A DNA stretch of 54,525 nucleotides, from positions 1-54,525 of the forward strand of contig JAYPZT010000001.1 in NCBI GenBank assembly GCA_038136415.1. The letters are read 5' to 3'. The notes beneath the pieces were generated by a model that did not search any database, was not told the DNA's origin, and worked only from the letters and a program-made list of their open reading frames with translations. This DNA is from Opitutales bacterium. GTDB lineage: Bacteria; Verrucomicrobiota; Verrucomicrobiia; Opitutales; Seribacteraceae. This document shows positions 31,339 to 40,646 of this stretch, piece by piece. Both the position numbers and the translations under genes were made by a program. Numbering within the stretch: the first letter of the stretch is position 1; each line of letters starts with the position of its first letter.

Positions 31339-31773
31339 ATGATTAATCAGGTTAAGAGCTATCTTAACCTCTCAGGTGCAGAGGCTTTCAATCATCCTCT
31401 TTTTTATTACGGTCTACTGGCTGTGTTCGTCCTTATTTTCTGTTGGTGGCTAACGAGAAGACTAAGAACTGAATTGGTATCCGTTTTCACTGATGAAGAA
31501 GGTGCCGTTCAAATTACTCCCCGTGCACTAAGAGAACTTGTCAGAAAATCATGCACTGCCATTCCCGGTGTTCATTCTCCAAAAACCAAAATTATCAGAA
31601 AAGGGGGTAATTTGCGATTACATGTCAGTTTACGAGTAGAACAAGACTGTAAAGTGAAGGAAACCCGCTCTCACCTGAAGGAAAAACTGGAAGGAATCAT
31701 GGTGAATAATTTGAATTTTGATAACTTCACTGGTGTTGATCTAGTTATCTCTGGTTTTCAGGATCAGAACTGA
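31339..31773 (+). CDS. AmaP-like membrane anchor with Asp23-type domain
   Basis: One TM followed by EEGAVQITPRALRELV and a degenerate Asp23-like fold; adjacent to asp23. Confidence 0.55.
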   Translation: MINQVKSYLNLSGAEAFNHPLFYYGLLAVFVLIFCWWLTRRLRTELVSVFTDEEGAVQITPRALRELVRKSCTAIPGVHSPKTKIIRKGGNLRLHVSLRVEQDCKVKETRSHLKEKLEGIMVNNLNFDNFTGVDLVISGFQDQN

Positions 31774-31778
31774 ATCAT

Positions 31779-32882
31779 TTACTTTCGTTTGAGAACTGGA
31801 GCGGTTTGCAAAAGCTTCACCTCCTGTCGCCCCATAGCCACACTCCCTCCTGTTTGCTTAAATTCACTTACGGCCTCTCTCTCAACCCAAGCAGTTCCGA
31901 TGGGTTTTTCCAATAAAGGAGAAAATCCGCCCGAAAGTACTTTCCCAATCGGATTACCCGAAATACCAGTAACAATTGCTTCGCTCCTGGGAATTCTTCT
32001 CCCATCAACCTCATAGTGAACCACGCGACCAGGCAATCCATCACTTTGCTCTCGTTCCAACGCATTTGATCCGATAAAGTTTTCCTTTTCAAAACAAACT
32101 GCCCACCGAAGTCCTGCCTGCAGGGGACTTATTTCGTCAGAAAGTTCGTGGCCATAGAGAGGAAAACCTGCTTCCAAACGAAGACTATCTCTCGCCGCCA
32201 ATCCGATGAGCCGTATTTCCTGCTGATCAATTTTGGAACTAAAGAGTTCAATCCACTCCCAAAGATCATTTTGATCACAATAGATTTCAAATCCGTCTTC
32301 TCCCGTGTAACCTGAGCGGGCGATTAATGATTCCCGCCCATTCAACCACTCATTTTGCTTAAAATGCATGCGCTGGATCTCTCCAATGTTCTCGCCAAGC
32401 AATTCAATCATGATCGGCAATGCGTTGGGCCCTTGAAGAGCAAGTTGACCATAAGCACCGGACAAATTTAAAATTTCACAATTAAAACCAGAAGCTATGG
32501 AAGAAAGATGCTGAAAATCTTTTTCTATATTGGATGCATTGACGCAGAGGAAAAAACTTTGCCGAGATTTTTTGTAAATGATTAGATCATCAATGGTTCC
32601 TCCTTCTTCAGTGCACAAAAGAGAGTACTGTGCCTGTCCATCAACGATTTTACTAAGATCATTGGTAAGAACAGAATTGAGAAACTTCTCCGAATCTGTT
32701 CCAGATACAAGCAATTCTCCCATGTGACTGACGTCAAAAAGACCAGCTTTTTGACGAACAAATTTATGCTCTTCTATGGAACTGCTATATGAAATTGGCA
32801 TTTCCCAACCTGAAAAAGGAGCAAATTTCGCTGAATTGCTTTGATGATAGTTATGAAGGGTAAGTTTTTTCAGGGTTTGCAT
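31779..32882 (-). CDS. gcvT: Glycine cleavage system aminomethyltransferase T
   Basis: F.GWEMP, EH..VR, FDVSHMG, IDDL, ALQGP, GYTGEDGFE and ARDSLRLEAG. Confidence 0.95.
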   Translation of the reverse strand: MQTLKKLTLHNYHQSNSAKFAPFSGWEMPISYSSSIEEHKFVRQKAGLFDVSHMGELLVSGTDSEKFLNSVLTNDLSKIVDGQAQYSLLCTEEGGTIDDLIIYKKSRQSFFLCVNASNIEKDFQHLSSIASGFNCEILNLSGAYGQLALQGPNALPIMIELLGENIGEIQRMHFKQNEWLNGRESLIARSGYTGEDGFEIYCDQNDLWEWIELFSSKIDQQEIRLIGLAARDSLRLEAGFPLYGHELSDEISPLQAGLRWAVCFEKENFIGSNALEREQSDGLPGRVVHYEVDGRRIPRSEAIVTGISGNPIGKVLSGGFSPLLEKPIGTAWVEREAVSEFKQTGGSVAMGRQEVKLLQTAPVLKRK

Positions 32883-32978
32883 GCTTCAATGATTGCTTAA
32901 TGCTTTAGGATATGGCTTAAAAGAGTGAGCTTTATTTATGCACAGTTGTTCTGTCAAAGTCCAAGCTCATTCTTCTAG

Positions 32979-34034
32979 ATGATTAGTCAACTTGTTGTTG
33001 CTGTCGCTTTCACCATAGGAGTTTCTTCACTTTGCTCGATTCTCGAAGCAATGATCCTAAGTATTACCACTGCAGAAATTGAGGACTTTAAGGATCGCTC
33101 GCCAAAATGGGGGCAGAAACTAAGCAAATTCCGGGATGAAATTGATGAAACAAGTTCTGCAATTCTCAGCCTCAATACCATTGCAAATACCCTTGGGGCA
33201 ACCCTCGTGGGTGGCTTAGCTGAAAAATCATTTGGCAATGGAGAAAACACTCTACTCTTATTCGCCTGTGGAATGACCCTAGGTATCCTGTTTTTTGCAG
33301 AAATTCTACCTAAAAATTTTACAGTCTCCTACCGTACCGAAATGCTGCCCTACTTGGTTCCACCTTTGGTGATGGTTCGTTTTTGCATGTCTCCTTTCTC
33401 CAAAATTTGCAAATTCACCATGAGGGCAATGGTACCTGAAAAAGAGAAATCCAGTGAGGAAGACGAAAATGAAATCATTTTACTTGCTCAAAAAGGAGCC
33501 AAAGAAGGAACACTTACCAGTGAAGAAAGCGATTTAGTCACCAATGCCCTGAAATTGGATGGCATCAAGGTTTCAGAAATCATGACTCCGCGCACTGTGA
33601 TGCTTGCACTGGATGAATTACTGAGTGTTGAGGATACCTTCAAGCAGCATCCAAACATCCCATTTGCCAGAATCCCGATCTACTCTGATAATATTGATCA
33701 CATTACGGGGATAGTCAGAAGACGGGACCTCCTCAATTCCATGGTCGCCGGTAACTCTAACACCTCATTGCTCGATCATGCGAAAGATGCCCTTTTTATT
33801 CCTGAAAATGCAAGTGCCGACAAAGCCCTTCGCCTGCTTTTAAGTGAGCACTGTCAATTATCGGTGGTGGTTGATGAATTTGGCTCTGTTACAGGCGTTC
33901 TCGCTTTGGAAGATATTGTCGAGAGTATCCTCGGGCAGGAAATCTTTGAACATGATGATCTTGCAGTTGATATGAGAGAATTAGCCAAAAGAAAGCATTT
34001 ATCCAAAGTTGAAAATTCTGAAAAAGATAAATAA
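32979..34034 (+). CDS. CNNM (DUF21)-CBS domain membrane protein (CorB/hemolysin-like Mg2+/Co2+ transporter family)
   Basis: S..EA..LS, IL.LNTIAN, EILPK, IMTPR, RIP.Y and VVDEFG...G...LEDIVE.ILG. Confidence 0.88.
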   Translation: MISQLVVAVAFTIGVSSLCSILEAMILSITTAEIEDFKDRSPKWGQKLSKFRDEIDETSSAILSLNTIANTLGATLVGGLAEKSFGNGENTLLLFACGMTLGILFFAEILPKNFTVSYRTEMLPYLVPPLVMVRFCMSPFSKICKFTMRAMVPEKEKSSEEDENEIILLAQKGAKEGTLTSEESDLVTNALKLDGIKVSEIMTPRTVMLALDELLSVEDTFKQHPNIPFARIPIYSDNIDHITGIVRRRDLLNSMVAGNSNTSLLDHAKDALFIPENASADKALRLLLSEHCQLSVVVDEFGSVTGVLALEDIVESILGQEIFEHDDLAVDMRELAKRKHLSKVENSEKDK

Positions 34035-34037
34035 CTG

Positions 34038-34883
34038 ATGCTTACGAATATGGATAGTTCTTTTTGGACCCATAACCTGAGTCCTTTTTTGTGGCAGTTT
34101 CCTGACTCGTGGGGAAATTGGGGGCCTGGCGGAATACGCTGGTATGGTATTTCCTATCTTTTGGGGTTCATCGTCGCATACTCTCTTTTACTTGTCTCCT
34201 ACAACCGAAAAAGAAGCCCCTACGATAAAGAACAAATCCTCAATTTGATGACCTTTCAGGTACTGGGTGTCTTACTTGGTGGAAGAATTGGCTACGCCTT
34301 GCTTTATCAGACTGAACATTTACTCAGTGATCCATTGATGCTTTTCAGAGTTTGGGAAGGCGGCATGGCAAGCCATGGAGGATTTATTGGAGTTATCCTG
34401 GCAACATTTTGGTATTGTCGACAGTCCAATCAATCTTTTTGGCCAGTCGCAGATTTGATTGCAACTGTGGTGCCACCCGGACTTTTTTTTGGTAGAGTTG
34501 CGAATTTTATCAATGGAGAACTTTGGGGCACCCCGTCCACTTTACCCTGGGCTGTTCTGTTTCCGAATTCGCCGGGCTTTGCCGAAGGGATTGCACGCCA
34601 TCCTTCCCAGCTCTACGCCGCGTTGCTGGAAGGACTCTTTTTATTTTGTTTAATTCAACTGCGCTTTTGGAAGTCTGGCATTTGTCAAAAATCACCCGGC
34701 AGACTGGGAGGCGAATTTTTGGTTGCCTATGCCGGAGCCAGAATTTTTGGAGAAATCTTCCGGGAGCCTGACGCCTCCTTACTTATGGGCTTATCCAGAG
34801 GTCAATTTTACTCCATTTTTCTTTTTTTGGGAGGGTTACTGGTCATTCACTTCGCCAATAAAAGATCCAAATCTATGGTCTAA
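34038..34883 (+). CDS. lgt: Prolipoprotein diacylglyceryl transferase
   Basis: IRWYG, GGRIGY, WEGGMASHGG, GRVANFINGELWG, HPSQLY and FREPD. Confidence 0.96.
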   Translation: MLTNMDSSFWTHNLSPFLWQFPDSWGNWGPGGIRWYGISYLLGFIVAYSLLLVSYNRKRSPYDKEQILNLMTFQVLGVLLGGRIGYALLYQTEHLLSDPLMLFRVWEGGMASHGGFIGVILATFWYCRQSNQSFWPVADLIATVVPPGLFFGRVANFINGELWGTPSTLPWAVLFPNSPGFAEGIARHPSQLYAALLEGLFLFCLIQLRFWKSGICQKSPGRLGGEFLVAYAGARIFGEIFREPDASLLMGLSRGQFYSIFLFLGGLLVIHFANKRSKSMV

Positions 34884-34942
34884 TTACGACCCTGGTTTTC
34901 TGTACTGTATTTGTTTTAATTCCAATTGTTAATTCTTTGGCT

Positions 34943-34969
34943 TTGACACTATGAGCAAAAGCCTAAGAA
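34943..34969 (+). promoter_or_regulatory. Possible promoter of the mreBCD-PBP2 operon
   Basis: Perfect TTGACA at 34943-34948; the -10 element is poor (TAAGAA at 15 bp spacing). Confidence 0.25.
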
Positions 34970-34981
34970 ATCAGTCCGTAA

Positions 34982-36034
<1,053 letters not shown>

Positions 36035-36044
36035 TTATTTCCCA

Positions 36045-36905
36045 TTGGCCTCTTCTCCTGACAGGCCCAGGTTAAGACCCTTTCTTTTATTCGGACTTTT
36101 TGTTTTTGTCTGGGTTGCCGTTCCTACATCCTGGAAATTATTGATAAAATCAGGATTTGAAGAGTTTGAGGCTCCCCTTTGGGAAAGTGCATCACGTATC
36201 TCAGACTTAACTAATTTCTGGGGTCATATGTCAGACTCAAAAACAACCTTGATTGAAAAAAATAAAATCCTTTCCCGAATTCATTCAGACAGCCAAATTC
36301 AAGCAGAACGGATACCCACGCTGAAAAATGAAATCGCCAAGCTCAATGGACTTAAATCCCACCTTGAAACTCTGGAACAACAGCTTGGGATCGATAGCCA
36401 GCCGAAGTTCAAACCTCTAATTTCACGGGTCACCAAACGCAGTTTATCTGGATGGTGGCAGGGTTTGACCATCCGTCGGGGCAGCATGCACGGTCTCCGA
36501 CCAGGCATGGGTGTAATAGGTAAAGCTGGATTATTTGGCCGCATTAAAGATACCAACTTCCGCTCCTCTCAGGTTGAACTGATCACAAACCCAAATTTTC
36601 GTATTGCTGCTCACTTTTCTGGGGATGACCGCCCGGTCACCTTTCAGGGCAACGGAGTCGGAATGGGAGGTACTCTTTATGGCATCGTCACCGATGTACC
36701 ACATGACTTACATGCGACTGAAGAATCTCCCCTGACTTTAATGAGTTCATCTCTGAGCGGAAATTATCCCGATGGGCTCAAAATTGGTGAAGTCTATTTC
36801 CTGGAAGGCGGAGATGATGGTTTATTCAAAACGGGGAGAGTGATTTTAAGCCGGGAAATCGGTAATGCAAAAGAAGTGACCATCCTTATTCCTGAAAATG
36901 ATTAA
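36045..36905 (+). CDS. mreC: Rod shape-determining protein MreC
   Basis: TM, coiled coil, I.RG..HG...GM.V, G..G.I and SSLSG.YP.G..IG.V; TTG start; follows mreB. Confidence 0.85.
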   Translation: MASSPDRPRLRPFLLFGLFVFVWVAVPTSWKLLIKSGFEEFEAPLWESASRISDLTNFWGHMSDSKTTLIEKNKILSRIHSDSQIQAERIPTLKNEIAKLNGLKSHLETLEQQLGIDSQPKFKPLISRVTKRSLSGWWQGLTIRRGSMHGLRPGMGVIGKAGLFGRIKDTNFRSSQVELITNPNFRIAAHFSGDDRPVTFQGNGVGMGGTLYGIVTDVPHDLHATEESPLTLMSSSLSGNYPDGLKIGEVYFLEGGDDGLFKTGRVILSREIGNAKEVTILIPEND

Positions 36906-36908
36906 AGA

Positions 36909-37454
36909 ATGGCTAGATATAATTGGATAGCATTACTTCTTGGCCTTTCAAATATTGGACTGCTTTTCTCATGTGGGCTGATTAATGAACTTACCAATCA
37001 ATGGGGTTTTGTTTTTTTCTTTCCAGCGGTTCTCCTGTTTCCTGCTTTCCTTTTCCTCGATAAGTTACGGGCACTCCTGGTTCTCTTCATTAGCGGACTG
37101 TATTGCGATCAGGCCCTATCCAGCAGTTTTGGGTATCATGCTTTCGCTCTTTGTTTTCTCTACCTTTTACTTTCAGAATTTTTTCCAGTTGGGCAAAAAA
37201 AGAGTCTTCTTCGCCCCGTTAGCATACAAGTGCTGACTCATTTCCTATTAGCTTTGGGCTGGTTTCTTTTCCTTAAGTTTTCGAACGATGGCTCTAACAA
37301 TTGGGCCTTTTTTAGGTTTTTATCGGATACAATCCTGTCTGGATTGCTACTGTTTCCAGTTTTTCAATGGTATCCCAGGTTTTGTGAAGCTCTCATACAA
37401 CTGGTTGGTGCTAACTCCCTGAGAGAAAGTTTCACTGAGCAAAACGGGGAATGA
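36909..37454 (+). CDS. mreD: Rod shape-determining protein MreD-like membrane protein
   Basis: Multi-TM protein with GL..D.....FG, located between mreC and PBP2. Confidence 0.65.
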   Translation: MARYNWIALLLGLSNIGLLFSCGLINELTNQWGFVFFFPAVLLFPAFLFLDKLRALLVLFISGLYCDQALSSSFGYHAFALCFLYLLLSEFFPVGQKKSLLRPVSIQVLTHFLLALGWFLFLKFSNDGSNNWAFFRFLSDTILSGLLLFPVFQWYPRFCEALIQLVGANSLRESFTEQNGE

Positions 37455-40048
37455 AATTTTTTGAAAAATATTTACCCGAAAAGAGACGGTTCCGTATCTT
37501 CGCGATCTTATATTTCTCACTCTTTCTGTGTCTTATTCTCACCTTGTTTTACCGACAGGTTTTCCAGGCAGAGGATTTTCTGGAAAAAGAAAGAAAACAA
37601 GGTCAAAGACGGATTATCAAACCGGGTGCCCGAGGGGATTTATTTGATCGGGAAGGAAATCTTTTAATTGGAAACCGGGCTCATTACTCTGCTTCTATCC
37701 ATTTGGAACTTCTGTCCCGGGAGATTTGGGAAGAAAAAATTAAATTCAGAAGACTTTCCAGTAAAATCAGAGAGGAATTAAATGCTCTCCCATCCCTGGA
37801 TTTACCTCAATTCCTATCCATTTGTTGGCAGCATGAACATGTCGCTTCGAGAGGAATCAGCCTTTCAGGAATTGCCAAGCATGAGGAAGGGAATTCTTTT
37901 GAAAGAGCAAAAGTATTTCTTGGGGAGTCAAGATTGCCCCTGAACCAAACCAAGTCTGGCAGGTGGACTAGTTTACTAAGCTCATGGAATGTGCTTAATC
38001 CACAAAACCTAACTTTCCAAAGTGTTGCAAATGAGGTAACTGTATCCGTCTCTGGTCTGTTTTCTATTCAATTTTCTTTGGATAATGATGGCAGGGCAAA
38101 CATCTTATCTCAGACCAATGCAGACAAGTCATGGATATCCCGCTTATTCCAAAGCGAGAATGGCGGGGAATATTCTTTTCGGATAAATGGTTATGCCCAG
38201 TCATGGGAAGCCAGGTTACATGTCGTCCAAAAATATCTTGCAAGAATCAATCATCTGACTGGAAGAAAGGAACAAATCACTTTACCTGAAATCCAGTCCC
38301 ACTGGCGAAAGCAACTTGTTTTGCCCCTTGAACTTTCTTCCAACCTCACTCATCAGGAATATGCACTGCTTATTGAAAACCTTCCGGCAGATTCACCGGT
38401 GCAAGTTCATGCAAAGCCGATTCGGCATTACCCTGAGAAATCATTGGCATCCCATGTTCTCGGCTATGTGGGCAGTGGCTACAAAGCAGATACCGAGGAT
38501 CTTGAAGGTTCTGATTTGGCCACTTTTCAACTTCAGGGCAGAACCGGAAAAGCTGGATTAGAAAAAACCTTTGATCACATCCTTCGCGGGGAAGATGGAT
38601 ATGATATCTGGATTGTTAATCCAATGGGATCCCGTTTTGAAAGAATCGATCGGAAAGCAGCACAAAAAGGAAAATCTGTACAACTTAGCCTTGATCGGGA
38701 CCTCCAAAAAATTGCCGAGGATTCCATAGAAAGAATGGTTAGGACTGTAGCAAAAAGGAGAATTCTCCCAGATTCCAACTGGGAAAAAACCATCAAAAGA
38801 AGAACTGAAAAAGCCCTTACTGGGTCAGATGAAACCGAGGTTCGTGCGGAACTTTTGATTGGTGCTTTTAAAGATGCCCCCTTTCCCCTTTCCGGAGAAC
38901 AAGCATCAACCGTAGCAGGATTCAAGGGCACAGTGGATGATGCCAAGGAACTTCTCCGTTTGCTCAACGCGGAAGGTGTTCTGGAGAAATCGCCCCAGAA
39001 TTTCCTTCATTACCAACTGGCTCCCCCTCCCCTTCCACCAGGAGCAGCGGTGCTCATCGATCTTCAATCTGGGCAGATCCTTACCCTTGCCAGCAAGCCC
39101 AATTATGACCTCAGTAGTTTAACTCCCTATATTTCTCAGGCAGCTTATGATGATATTCAGCGGCGCGAAGCCTGGCTTCCCCGTGCCTGGCATCCTGGCT
39201 ACGCTCCCGCATCTCCTTTTAAGCTCGTTACGGCAATTGCTGGTCTGAAAGGTAAAAAGGTCACCCCAAGCGAAACTCACCTATGTGAAGGAATTTACCG
39301 TGGCATGAAATGCCATGTGCATCCTGGTCAACATGGTGAACTGAATCTCATCGATGCAATTGCCCAGAGTTGTAATGTTTACTTTTTTAGAGCGGCCGAG
39401 CAGATCACCCATCAAAATCTAATTTCTGAAGCAAGATGGCTAAATTTTGATCAAAAAACTCCTCTCTCGCTTCCCACTCTACGTGACACTCCCCTTGTTC
39501 CTGATCCAGAGTGGAAGCAAAAGAATATCGGTGTCAAATGGACCCTGGAAGACACTTTTAATATTTCGATCGGACAAGGTGGATTGCGCCAGAGTCCTCT
39601 GCAAATGGCATGCTTCGCCAGTAAGCTCGCTCTCAACCGTAATGATTTTTATCCCACTTTACTGATGAATAAGGAACAGAATTTCCGTTTGAATGCAGGA
39701 AATGGCCTCGGTCTGACTGAGGACGGCCATAGGGCTCTGGTCCAAGGCATGGTGAAAGCAACCACTCATGGAACCGCCCGTAGATGTCAGATCGAAGGAA
39801 TTCAGGTAGCAGGTAAAACGGGAACCGGACAATGGAGAAATCATAACATGAAACTGAATCTTGCCTGGTTTATCGGCTTTGCACCGGCAAATGATCCAAG
39901 GGTAGCCATTGCCACTCTGGTAGAAGGCGTAATTCCTCAGGATCAGGTTCAAGGAGGACTGACCGCAGCCCCGATTGCCAGAGACATCCTAACTGCTTAT
40001 TTCTCAAAGTATAAACCAGAATTTTCTCAAAATACGAACAATCCCTAA
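37451..40048 (+). CDS. mrdA: Class B penicillin-binding protein 2 (865 aa, with insertions)
   Basis: N-terminal TM, RG...DR.G, R.YP, HVLGYV and G..GLE; transpeptidase motifs SPFK, SCN and KTG. Confidence 0.9.
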   Translation: MKFFEKYLPEKRRFRIFAILYFSLFLCLILTLFYRQVFQAEDFLEKERKQGQRRIIKPGARGDLFDREGNLLIGNRAHYSASIHLELLSREIWEEKIKFRRLSSKIREELNALPSLDLPQFLSICWQHEHVASRGISLSGIAKHEEGNSFERAKVFLGESRLPLNQTKSGRWTSLLSSWNVLNPQNLTFQSVANEVTVSVSGLFSIQFSLDNDGRANILSQTNADKSWISRLFQSENGGEYSFRINGYAQSWEARLHVVQKYLARINHLTGRKEQITLPEIQSHWRKQLVLPLELSSNLTHQEYALLIENLPADSPVQVHAKPIRHYPEKSLASHVLGYVGSGYKADTEDLEGSDLATFQLQGRTGKAGLEKTFDHILRGEDGYDIWIVNPMGSRFERIDRKAAQKGKSVQLSLDRDLQKIAEDSIERMVRTVAKRRILPDSNWEKTIKRRTEKALTGSDETEVRAELLIGAFKDAPFPLSGEQASTVAGFKGTVDDAKELLRLLNAEGVLEKSPQNFLHYQLAPPPLPPGAAVLIDLQSGQILTLASKPNYDLSSLTPYISQAAYDDIQRREAWLPRAWHPGYAPASPFKLVTAIAGLKGKKVTPSETHLCEGIYRGMKCHVHPGQHGELNLIDAIAQSCNVYFFRAAEQITHQNLISEARWLNFDQKTPLSLPTLRDTPLVPDPEWKQKNIGVKWTLEDTFNISIGQGGLRQSPLQMACFASKLALNRNDFYPTLLMNKEQNFRLNAGNGLGLTEDGHRALVQGMVKATTHGTARRCQIEGIQVAGKTGTGQWRNHNMKLNLAWFIGFAPANDPRVAIATLVEGVIPQDQVQGGLTAAPIARDILTAYFSKYKPEFSQNTNNP

Positions 40049-40060
40049 ATTATTTTTATT

Positions 40061-40642
40061 ATGGTCGCCACTCCCTCCACTATGCTTGAATTAGGCACAA
40101 AAGCTCCCTTTTTCCGGCTGATAGATTCAAAAAATAAAGAGCCCTACTCCTTAAACCCATCTCCAGAAAATGGGTTATTGATCGCTTTCATCTGTAATCA
40201 CTGCCCCTATGTTCTTCATCTGCTACCACATTTGATTCAATCATCCCGTTTATGGCAGGAGCAAGGAATTGAAGTTGTAGCCATCTCCTCCAATGACATA
40301 GAAAAATACCCACAGGATAATCCGGAGAAAATGGCCACGCTCGCGACTGATTCCCACTTCACCTTTCCCTATCTTTACGATGAGTCTCAGGAAGTTGCTC
40401 AGGCTTATCGGGCATCCTGTACCCCGGACTTTTTCCTCTTCGATCAAAACCTGGAATTGTATTACCGCGGACAATATGATGACTCCCGCCCTGGCAATCA
40501 AAAGGAAGTAAATGGCAGGCATCTTCATGATGCCATTGATAAACTCCTACAAAAAGAGAGCCCTCCTCAGCAACAGGTGCCAAGCTTGGGTTGTAATATC
40601 AAATGGATTCCGGGAAACGAGCCTGATTACTTTTCGGCTTAG
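40061..40642 (+). CDS. Thioredoxin-fold redoxin (AhpC/TSA, PRX-like family)
   Basis: FICNHCPYV, ISSND, YP.D, FPYLYDESQ, A.CTPDFF, YRGQ.D and GC.IKW. Confidence 0.88.
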   Translation: MVATPSTMLELGTKAPFFRLIDSKNKEPYSLNPSPENGLLIAFICNHCPYVLHLLPHLIQSSRLWQEQGIEVVAISSNDIEKYPQDNPEKMATLATDSHFTFPYLYDESQEVAQAYRASCTPDFFLFDQNLELYYRGQYDDSRPGNQKEVNGRHLHDAIDKLLQKESPPQQQVPSLGCNIKWIPGNEPDYFSA

Positions 40643-40646
40643 TTAA

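Noticed and set aside
7533-32921. Shared 12-mer ATATGGCTTAAA in two intergenic regions (7533-7544 and 32910-32921)
   Set aside because: Many chance 12-mer duplicates are expected in 54 kb; it has no dyad symmetry and I saw no third copy.
32883-32978. Glycine riboswitch upstream of gcvT
   Set aside because: The spacer is only 96 nt, is shared with a divergent gene, and shows no recognisable aptamer motifs on the minus strand.
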